Shown piece after piece: positions 1-7,271 of a stretch of DNA of 15,499 nt. Each line of letters opens with the position of its first letter. Position 1 is the stretch's first letter. The stretch comes from Fidelibacterota bacterium (GTDB lineage Bacteria; Fidelibacterota; Marinisomatia; Marinisomatales; JABMOV01): contig JBHHUC010000055.1 of the NCBI GenBank assembly GCA_046861395.1, forward strand, positions 1 through 15,499, in the 5' to 3' direction. The translations under genes were made by a program, and so were the position numbers. A model generated the notes under the pieces. That model ran no database searches, was not told the origin of the DNA, and worked only from the letters and a program-made list of their open reading frames with translations.

Positions 1-32
1 AGGAGCCGACAGTTTGAATCTGCCCGGGGTCA
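1..32 (+). pseudogene. 3' part of a tRNA-like copy (variable region, T arm, acceptor 3' strand), cut by the window edge
   Basis: Identical to 145-176, the 3' end of the tRNA-like copy at 64-176. Confidence 0.75.
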
Positions 33-63
33 TATACCTGCTACTTTGAAAAATTGTTATACT

Positions 64-176
64 GACTCCGTAGCTTCCCGATGGGTCGGGAGTAGAGCAG
101 TGGCCTTTTCCCGCCTGCGTTATTACTTCGGCAGGTAAAAAGCCAGGAGCCGACAGTTTGAATCTGCCCGGGGTCA
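64..176 (+). pseudogene. tRNA-Lys-derived copy with two hairpin insertions (D-loop 76-91, anticodon loop 110-139)
   Basis: GACTCCG-TA-GCT[TCCCGATGGGTCGGGA]GTAGAGC-A-GTGGC-CTTTT[30 nt]AA-GCCAG-GAGCC-GACAG-TTTGAAT-CTGCC-CGGGGTC-A. The acceptor stem still pairs (one G-U). The T-loop reads TTT instead of TTC and the T stem has one mismatch. Confidence 0.85.
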
Positions 177-207
177 TATACCTGCTACTTTGAAAAATTA
201 TTATGCT

Positions 208-280
208 GACTCCGTAGCTCAGCTGGTAGAGCAGTGGCCTTTTAAGCCATTGGCCGTGCGTTCGAGTCGCACCGGAGTCA
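208..280 (+). tRNA. trnK: tRNA-Lys (anticodon UUU), 73 nt, CCA not encoded
   Basis: Full cloverleaf: acceptor GACTCCG/CGGAGTC, D stem GCTC/GAGC, anticodon stem GTGGC/GCCAT with loop CTTTTAA, T stem GTGCG/CGCAC with loop TTCGAGT, discriminator A280 followed by CCG. Confidence 0.97.
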
Positions 281-288
281 CCGACGAC

Positions 289-323
289 AAACCCCTTTTC
301 TCGACGAGAAATAGGGGTTTTTT
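289..323 (+). terminator. Rho-independent terminator after tRNA-Lys
   Basis: AAACCCCT-TTTCTC...GAGAAA-T-AGGGGTTT hairpin followed by a T run. Confidence 0.8.
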
Positions 324-436
324 CTTTACATTTCAACTTCGCCAGAAAATGCCAAAAAAGGCAGAAAAAACACAAATTGACAAAACACAGCACAATTAGT
401 GCACACTTTTCCCGGAGATCGTCGAGAACCCACTGT

Positions 437-518
437 CCTTTTCCCACCTGCGTTACCACTTCGGCGGGTAAAAAGCTGTTGGTCGTGCGCTTCCCGATAA
501 GCGGGACTGAAGTTGCAC
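437..518 (+). pseudogene. Degenerate 3'-half copy of tRNA-Lys (anticodon loop to T arm) with two hairpin insertions; possible att-site remnant
   Basis: CCTTTT[30 nt, 443-472]AAGCTGTTGGTCGTGCG-CT[TCCCGATAAGCGGGA]CTGAAGT-TGCAC versus intact CCTTTTAAGCCATTGGCCGTGCG-TTCGAGT-CGCAC. Confidence 0.75.
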
Positions 519-562
519 GTTAAAACCGAACCCTTATTACCATTACTTTGAGGGTCGGAACT

Positions 563-1264
563 CTAACCAAGCGTTTTCCCGTTTTTCAGCAGGGAAGCAC
601 TGATGATGATATCCACCCGCCGATTCAGTAGACGGTTACGGATCGACGTATTGGGTACCAGCGGTTTGAATTCCCCATAGCCTTTTATGGCAAACTGCCG
701 GGCCGGAAGGGATAAATCATTCTGCAGGATGCGCATTACACTCTGGGCACGGGCCGCGCTCAATTCCCAGTTATTCTCAAATTTGGAACCGCGAATCAAC
801 GGTGTATTATCGGTGTGACCTTCAATCAATATTTTCACCGACCATTCCAATCCCAGATTATTGAAAAATTGTATATCCCGTTCAAATTGATGCGACTGGT
901 TCGCATTCAGGATATTTAAATGTTTCAGGGCGCGGGAAATTTCCTTCAACTGGGATATCAGTGCTACACTCGGTTCCGCTTCGCCGGGCGGAAACATACC
1001 TTCACTCTGAATGGATATGTGCACTCCTTTTGTATCATGCCGCACGTCGATTCCGCGGATATTCTTTTCCGAAATTGACTGTTCCAGTTCCAGGGCGGAT
1101 TGCAGGAGTTGACTGTTGACCCATTTATGAATATTGGAAATCTTTCCACTTTCAGCAGACAGCATCATGATAAAGAATGTAATCAACAACGTTATCAGGT
1201 CACCGTAACTGATGAGCCAGTTGTTTTTCCGTTTCTCAGCCAGCGGGTTGATTAATTCCGGCAT
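563..1264 (-). CDS. motB: MotB/PomB-family stator subunit with OmpA-like peptidoglycan-binding domain (Asp-containing copy)
   Basis: N-terminal WLISYGDLITLLITFFIMM transmembrane motif; C-terminal GHTD, NWELSAARA, GYG and NRRVDI motifs. Confidence 0.9.
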   Translation of the reverse strand: MPELINPLAEKRKNNWLISYGDLITLLITFFIMMLSAESGKISNIHKWVNSQLLQSALELEQSISEKNIRGIDVRHDTKGVHISIQSEGMFPPGEAEPSVALISQLKEISRALKHLNILNANQSHQFERDIQFFNNLGLEWSVKILIEGHTDNTPLIRGSKFENNWELSAARAQSVMRILQNDLSLPARQFAIKGYGEFKPLVPNTSIRNRLLNRRVDIIISASLLKNGKTLG

Positions 1265-1952
1265 AGTCCTGTTGTGTTTCTAGTTGAAATTTGATATAGA
1301 TCTCCACCCGGCGGTTTTCCGAATAATTCTGCTCATCACGTTTGGGCAGAAATGGCCCGTAGCCGGCAATGGAAAAATTATCCTCCGGCAATCCTGTCTC
1401 GGCCTGAAATACGTTCATAAAGCTGTAGGACCGCGCCGTGCTCAGGTCCCAGTTGTCCTTGAATTTCCCGTCACGAACGGGCAAAATATCCGTGTGCCCC
1501 TGGATCAGTATTTCCAGTCGCAGGTTTTTATGCTGTTTCGCCAGGTTTTGTATGATCGCTTTATTGGCTTGCTGCAATGCTTCCAGGTCAAGATCTCTGA
1601 TGATGGCGGACAAGGTGCGGATATAGGGATAAAAATGGTTGGTGATATCACAGGAATTGGACATGAACATGGATTCACCACCGATGATGGAAGGTATGAT
1701 GATACGTACACCCAGCGATCCAGTATTTTCAACCTCCAGCCATTCAAGCCCATGGTCCGCTTTTTCCGCCAGTATGCGCTGGTACACAGTGGTGGTCAAA
1801 TTATCGGCAAATTCAAAAGTGGAACGCGCTTCATTTTCCTGCATTGTCACGATCAGAATGAAGAATGCCAGCACCGCCGTGAGTAATGAAGCGTAGGTGA
1901 TCATCCAGTTGTGATCACCATTTGAATGTGTGCTGGTCTTAATGATTCCCAT
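1236..1952 (-). CDS. motB: MotB-family paralog lacking the conserved transmembrane Asp
   Basis: WMITYASLLTAVLAFFILI transmembrane segment; GHTD, NWDLSTARS, GYG and NRRVEI motifs. I chose the ATG at 1952 (overlapping the motA end) rather than 2009, which would overlap motA by 71 nt. Confidence 0.85.
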   Translation of the reverse strand: MGIIKTSTHSNGDHNWMITYASLLTAVLAFFILIVTMQENEARSTFEFADNLTTTVYQRILAEKADHGLEWLEVENTGSLGVRIIIPSIIGGESMFMSNSCDITNHFYPYIRTLSAIIRDLDLEALQQANKAIIQNLAKQHKNLRLEILIQGHTDILPVRDGKFKDNWDLSTARSYSFMNVFQAETGLPEDNFSIAGYGPFLPKRDEQNYSENRRVEIYIKFQLETQQDYAGINQPAG

Positions 1953-2772
1953 TTTCCATTCGGTGCATTTCCTTGGCATTCTTATCCAGGAATGTGAGCA
2001 ATTTTTCACTCATTTTTACATGGTGTTCCTTCAGATGGATGCTTTGAATGCCCATGATCATCATTTCGTTTTGATATATTTCTTCCTCCGTTCTGATTTT
2101 CAATTTCCCGGCAATGGGATTAAAGACCAGATTGGATAACAAAACGCCGTAAAAGGTCGTAACCAGTGAAACACCCATCCCCGCCAGGAGGTGATTCATG
2201 GAATTCTGCATTTGCATGGAATACCCGTTTGCCGGTCCGCCATTCGATTGTGAGGTCATCATGAGGATGAGTCCCATGACTGTACCCAGGAGACCAAAGG
2301 CCGGTGCATACGTTCCCATATTTTCAAACATTTTCTGTCCCACCGCATGACGCCGCGTCATGTGATTGATTTCATTCTGGAGATATTGGTACAATTTTGC
2401 CCCGTCCTTTTCAATGATCATGTATTGCAACCCGTTCCGCAGGAATTTATTGTCGAGGGTGGGAATTATTTTTTCCAGCTCCATGACACCTTTCTTGCGA
2501 TAGGCGATATTGATATCAATCAATTTGTTTATAATATCTTTTTCGTTTACGTCAACCTGTCGCCGGAAGGTCTTTCCAGCCACGTGCAGAAGCCGAAATA
2601 TTTGTTTCAGCGGATAGTTGATGAGGGTTGCCGCGATGGTGCCGCCCAGCACGATGGCAATCCCCTGATAATTTAAAAATGTTTTCGGTATGGTGTGGGT
2701 CACCCCATCCACCATGCCATACATGATCAAACCCAATCCAACAATGAAACCAATTATTGTTGCTGCATCCAT
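1939..2772 (-). CDS. motA: MotA/PomA-family stator subunit
   Basis: Motifs MDxATIIG, IVLGGT, RKKGVMELE, YAPAFGLLGTVMGLI and LVTTFYG...NPIAGKL; four hydrophobic segments. Confidence 0.93.
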   Translation of the reverse strand: MDAATIIGFIVGLGLIMYGMVDGVTHTIPKTFLNYQGIAIVLGGTIAATLINYPLKQIFRLLHVAGKTFRRQVDVNEKDIINKLIDINIAYRKKGVMELEKIIPTLDNKFLRNGLQYMIIEKDGAKLYQYLQNEINHMTRRHAVGQKMFENMGTYAPAFGLLGTVMGLILMMTSQSNGGPANGYSMQMQNSMNHLLAGMGVSLVTTFYGVLLSNLVFNPIAGKLKIRTEEEIYQNEMMIMGIQSIHLKEHHVKMSEKLLTFLDKNAKEMHRMENGNH

Positions 2773-3104
2773 ACCATTGTTCCTAGTTAATTACCTTCGT
2801 TATACGGTGTGTGAATCTTGACGGGAGAAGCCCGCGTTTATCATACTGGTGCCTTCACAGTCTTTCATCGTCTGCTAGTGTTCTCAACAATTCCCTGTCA
2901 TAGGGTCAATTGAGCATAATTCGGAAAATATTATGTAATGAATTGATCAGATGGGGTAGTCGCGGTAAGGCCTTAAACACATGGGATCATCCCCAAAACG
3001 ACCTTCAAGATCTCCCGCAGCGGAACTGAATTCGCAGGTGAAAATCAAACCATTGTCGCGATGACCTTGGGGTATTTGTGACCGATGGAACTATACTTTT
3101 TTTA

Positions 3105-3314
3105 ACCTGTTGTGCAGATTCATTGATTTTGGGCAAGTATTATCAAATTAACAAGGAAGACTATTTTTGGAATACATCAACACGGTTGATGCATGGATTG
3201 AGACGCTCAATCCACTCCATATAAGGTAATTTGAAGTAAAATAAGGATTACTCTTTATCATTAGCCGCCTGATAACTGTTTTATCCTAAAACTTTTCTAA
3301 TGTGCACAATGGGG
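3105..3314. mobile_element. MITE copy A (210 bp, non-coding, IS982-like ends)
   Basis: Imperfect terminal inverted repeats ACCTGTTGTGCA / TGCACAATGGGG; flanked by TTTTTA on both sides (3099-3104, 3315-3320); aligns over its whole length with the reverse complement of 12739-12941. Confidence 0.85.
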
Positions 3315-3370
3315 TTTTTATAATATTACAGAATGGTCGGGTAGATACTATTTTGCCATCAGAATCAGTT

Positions 3371-6300
3371 TTACACAAATTGCCTTATCTTTGTTAGCAG
3401 TTTTTCCCGGCTGATGGGTTTGGACAGGTAATCATTACAGCCGGCAGCCAGGCAATTATCCCGGTCGGTGGTGAGGGCATGGGCCGTGGTGGCAATGACG
3501 GGGATTTTACCCCATGTTTTTGTCTTCCGCATCCAGCGCACCAGGTCCAATCCATCTTCCTTTCCGATGAGGGACAAGTCCAACAAGATTAAATCGATGG
3601 TATTTGATTTCAAAGTCTGCTTGGCTCCCGCCACTGATTCGGCAAAGAAATTTTCACACTGGCCACGGAGAAAGAACTTGATTAAATCCTGGGAATGCGG
3701 ATCATCTTCCACTACTAGCAACCTGGCCATTTTTTCGGTTTTTTCTGTTGCGTCCACAGTTACAGATTGCTTCGCAACTTTCACACGGCTTGGTGCCCGA
3801 TTCGCACGAAATGTAAGTGTGAAAGTCGTGCCGACACCCTTGGTGCTGGCCACCTCAATCTTTACCCGGTTCAGGTCCAGGTGACGCTTGGTAATGGCCA
3901 TTCCCAGTCCGATGCCCTGGAATTTCTTGGTGTATCCTTCGCTTTCCTGTGTGAAGGCCTCAAATAAGACATGAATATATTTATTATCAATCCCAATACC
4001 CGTGTCGCTTATGGTCAGGACATACTGTTTCCCTTTTTCTGTAAGTCCAACGTCAATATGTCCCCGGTGCGTATATTTGATAGCATTATCGAGAATATTA
4101 CTGATGGCCTGTGTAATGCTGTACTTATCGGCATGGATAAAGGCTGTTTCAAGATCCGACTCATAGGTGAGAGCCAGGTTTTTGTTCCGGGCGGCAAGCT
4201 GGTGATCGAACACCAACCCCTTGGCCAGAGTGGTCAAATCCAGCGTTTCCTTTTGAATGGCGTAGGCCCCGGCTTCAATCTGGGAAATATCCAGAATCTC
4301 ATGCACGGTACGCATGAGACGCTTACTGCCGCTATCAATGGCGGTAAAGAATTGTTCTTCATCTTCGCTGATGAGGTGACGGAACTTTTCCTTCAATAAT
4401 GCCGAAAATCCCAGAATTGCATTCAGAGGGGTCCGTATTTCATGGGACATGTTTGCGATAAAGAGATTTTTAACCCTTTCCCCCTGTTTGGCTTTTTTCA
4501 ACGCACGTTCCAGTCTGTGCTGTGTTTGCACCCGCTCGGTTACATCGTGCAGGATACCGAGGGTGGCCGGACTTCCCTGCCATTCGATGTCGGTAACACT
4601 GGCTTCCATATCCCGCTTTTCGCCGTCCTTCCGGAGAATGGTGAACACAAAGCGGTTAGGCGGTTCTGCCCCCCGGGAGCGAATGGCCTCCCGTTCCCGG
4701 AAAATATCCAATCCTTCTTCCGCCACCAGCTCCATGAAATCAAAATCCTCACCACTGATCTCGCCTAACTGATAGCCCGTGATTTCGGTAAAACGGGGAT
4801 TGATAAAGACGAAGCGGTGATCCAGAAGAATATAAATTCCGTCGTTCGATTGTTCGATTAATTCCCGGAATTTCCGCTCACTCTCCAGGAGTTCCTGCTC
4901 GGCTTTTTTCCGGTCGGTAATATCGCGCCAGACCGTATGAATAATCTGGTTTCCCGGTTCATTGGAAATAGTCGTGAGTAGAACTTCCACCGGGAACACT
5001 TCACCGTTGGCGCGCTTATGATCCCACTCGAACCGATGACTGCCTTTTTCCAGAGCCATTCTCATCATTTCATCAGCTTTTTCCACTGAATCCCGTCCGT
5101 CAGGTTGTGTCGGTGGTGATAGTACCGACGGATGCGTCTGTAACAATTCGTCCTTTGTGTTATACCCCAGCATGTCCACCGTCGCCTGGTTACATTCCAC
5201 AAAAGTACCGTTTTCAATAATGAGGATGGCATCACCGGATTTTTCGAACAGCGTCCGGTATTTCTCCTCGCTGGCGATGAGGGCTTCCTCGATATGCCGT
5301 CGATCGGTAATATCGGAAGCAAAATTGAGGGTGGCCGGTTTTCCTTCCCACTCGATGTAGATGGATCGGTTTGACAACCACCTGACGTGGTTGTCTTTAT
5401 CAATGATCCGTACAATGAAATTACCCGACGCATTTTCTCCCGCCAATTGTTTGACATAATTGGCGTAAATGCCGTCCCGGTCTTCGGGGTGTACGAAATC
5501 AAAGAAGGGGCGTCGGAATAATTCCTCATTGCTGTAACCACTGATTTGATTCGTCATGGGATTGGCAAAAACCAGTTTCTCATTTTGAACAATAAAAATG
5601 GCCTCATTGGCATTTTCAATCAATTGGCGGTATTTTTCTTCGCTGCGTACCAATTCCTGTTCGGCGATTTTCCGTTTCGTAATATCTTGAACCAGAACGA
5701 CAACACCGTCAATTCTGCCGGCCAGGTTCCGGTGCGGAGCATAGGTGGAAACGAACCATCCCTCCTTTTTTGTCTGTCGAATCTTGAAGTACCGGTCAGG
5801 ACCGATAATGGTTTCACCTTTCAAGGCCCGCTTCAGGAAATTCTCAACGCCCAGTTTTTTCAGGAAAGGTAATACATCAAATACATATTGTCCCAGGATT
5901 GATTCGGCCTTGAGGCCGCTCAAGGATTCCATGTAGGAATTCCAGGTTACATAACGGAGATCCTGATTGAACACGACAATTCCTTCACCCACACTTTTCA
6001 ACACGGCCCGGTTAAACGCTTCGGCTTCCCGCCGCCGTTCTTCCTGTTCAATGCTGAACAGGGCAAAGGCCAATGATTGACAGACCTCCATCAGCAACTT
6101 TATTGCATCTTCGTTTAATACATCTGAGCGGGTGGCGTAGACATTCAACGCACCGCGGGCCTGGCCCTCATGCATCAACGGTACAGCCACGGAGGAGGAA
6201 TAGCCACGTTTCTGGGCTTCCTGGCGCCAGGGACGGTAACTGGGGTCGTTGGCAATATCCTGCATTAGAACCGGTTTCCCGGTCCGAATTGCCGTTCCCG

Positions 6301-7012
6301 TGGGTCCCCGTCCCGTGTCCGTATCATCCCACGTAATAATAATGGATTGTAAATACCCATCTTCATTGCCGGCCCAGGCGATTGGTTCTACTCGCGGATT
6401 ATCATCACGAATCAACCCGATCCAGGCAAAATGGTATTGCTCATTCTTTACCAACAATTTGCAGATCTTCTGAAACAGGGTTTTCCGATCCTTTTCGCTG
6501 GCGATTAGTTGGTGAATATCCTTGATAGTCAGTAAAATATTCTGAAGATTGCGTAGCCGGAATTCAATCTGCTTGTAGGCGCTGATATCCCTCAGCACCG
6601 ACCGACTGTACAGGATGTTTCCACTCTCGTCCCGTACGGCGGAAACATTAATACTGACAGGAATTTTTTCTCCGTCCCTGGTAGCCAGAACCAGTTCGGC
6701 ATCCCGAATTTCTCCCGAAGATTCAAAGGTCTGAAAATGGCGCCGTGCCGAGGAGTGAGAATCGGGATGATAAAGCGTAAAGACCGACTGACCGATAATA
6801 TTTTCCCTGGAATATCCCAGCCGTCGGGCCAGTGTTTTATTGCAATGAATGATGGTTCCCGTCTCAGCTTCCACGGATACAAACATGTCGGGCGCATTAT
6901 CGTACCACTGGACATAATTAGGTTTTATTTTCTCATGACGGTCCGGGTGCGGCTTGGGCATTTTCGGGCTCGATTCTGCTCCCTGATCCGGCTTGTCTGC
7001 GGGATCATTCAT
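3371..7012 (-). CDS. Soluble hybrid sensor histidine kinase (PAS-GAF-4xPAS-HisKA-HATPase-receiver)
   Basis: Five PAS/PAC units ending RDIS, QDIT, SDIT, RDIT and HDVT; GAF region (GRGPTGTAIRTGKP...VAVPL); H box NMSHEIRTPLNAI; N box NILDNAIKY; G boxes DTGIG and GIGLG; receiver motifs VVEDD, LLDLSL and SKP. Confidence 0.96.
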   Translation of the reverse strand: MNDPADKPDQGAESSPKMPKPHPDRHEKIKPNYVQWYDNAPDMFVSVEAETGTIIHCNKTLARRLGYSRENIIGQSVFTLYHPDSHSSARRHFQTFESSGEIRDAELVLATRDGEKIPVSINVSAVRDESGNILYSRSVLRDISAYKQIEFRLRNLQNILLTIKDIHQLIASEKDRKTLFQKICKLLVKNEQYHFAWIGLIRDDNPRVEPIAWAGNEDGYLQSIIITWDDTDTGRGPTGTAIRTGKPVLMQDIANDPSYRPWRQEAQKRGYSSSVAVPLMHEGQARGALNVYATRSDVLNEDAIKLLMEVCQSLAFALFSIEQEERRREAEAFNRAVLKSVGEGIVVFNQDLRYVTWNSYMESLSGLKAESILGQYVFDVLPFLKKLGVENFLKRALKGETIIGPDRYFKIRQTKKEGWFVSTYAPHRNLAGRIDGVVVLVQDITKRKIAEQELVRSEEKYRQLIENANEAIFIVQNEKLVFANPMTNQISGYSNEELFRRPFFDFVHPEDRDGIYANYVKQLAGENASGNFIVRIIDKDNHVRWLSNRSIYIEWEGKPATLNFASDITDRRHIEEALIASEEKYRTLFEKSGDAILIIENGTFVECNQATVDMLGYNTKDELLQTHPSVLSPPTQPDGRDSVEKADEMMRMALEKGSHRFEWDHKRANGEVFPVEVLLTTISNEPGNQIIHTVWRDITDRKKAEQELLESERKFRELIEQSNDGIYILLDHRFVFINPRFTEITGYQLGEISGEDFDFMELVAEEGLDIFREREAIRSRGAEPPNRFVFTILRKDGEKRDMEASVTDIEWQGSPATLGILHDVTERVQTQHRLERALKKAKQGERVKNLFIANMSHEIRTPLNAILGFSALLKEKFRHLISEDEEQFFTAIDSGSKRLMRTVHEILDISQIEAGAYAIQKETLDLTTLAKGLVFDHQLAARNKNLALTYESDLETAFIHADKYSITQAISNILDNAIKYTHRGHIDVGLTEKGKQYVLTISDTGIGIDNKYIHVLFEAFTQESEGYTKKFQGIGLGMAITKRHLDLNRVKIEVASTKGVGTTFTLTFRANRAPSRVKVAKQSVTVDATEKTEKMARLLVVEDDPHSQDLIKFFLRGQCENFFAESVAGAKQTLKSNTIDLILLDLSLIGKEDGLDLVRWMRKTKTWGKIPVIATTAHALTTDRDNCLAAGCNDYLSKPISREKLLTKIRQFV

Positions 7013-7271
7013 ACGTTAGGAATGTGGTCTTACCTCCGGTTTTGTCCGGCTGTCTTCCGGACTGTAAAAGAATCTTGTGAATTTCAGTTTCCAGTAATTT
7101 AAAACTTTTTTTCCTGCAGAACGACAGTTTTAACGAATGTGAAAATTGTGGTCGGCTATCCATAACAACCAGATTGATCCGGATTTCAATCATAACGCGA
7201 ATATGTGTCGTCCTGGCGATATTTTATGAATTCGGTATGTCCTAAAATTGCCCTTAGCTTGGGAGGGTTTC

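Larger units (their letters stand above)
1..219 (+). repeat. Tandem repeat, period 144 bp (113-nt tRNA-like unit + 31-nt spacer); probably continues left of the window
   Basis: 1-75 matches 145-219 at 73/75 positions (differences at 56/200 and 61/205). Confidence 0.95.

Noticed and set aside
110..139. Group I or canonical archaeal-type tRNA intron
   Set aside because: 30 nt is far too short for a group I intron; the position is 36/37 rather than 37/38 and I see no clear bulge-helix-bulge; the host copy has other lesions.
1..219. CRISPR array interpretation of the repeats
   Set aside because: The whole 144-bp unit repeats, including the spacer; units are tRNA-derived; no cas genes in the window.
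190..399. 69-aa ORF on the + strand
   Set aside because: Overlaps the tRNA-Lys and its terminator; spurious translation of an RNA gene.
563..2772. Zorya (zorAB) defence system or ExbBD/TolQR
   Set aside because: The A subunit has flagellar MotA size and motifs with no long ZorA tail; no zorC/D/E nearby; the B subunits have OmpA-like domains, unlike ExbD/TolR.
2820..2900. c-di-GMP riboswitch upstream of motA (GATGAA...GGCAC on the minus strand)
   Set aside because: Only fragments of the class II consensus are present and the downstream conserved elements are missing; an Infernal/Rfam scan would be needed.
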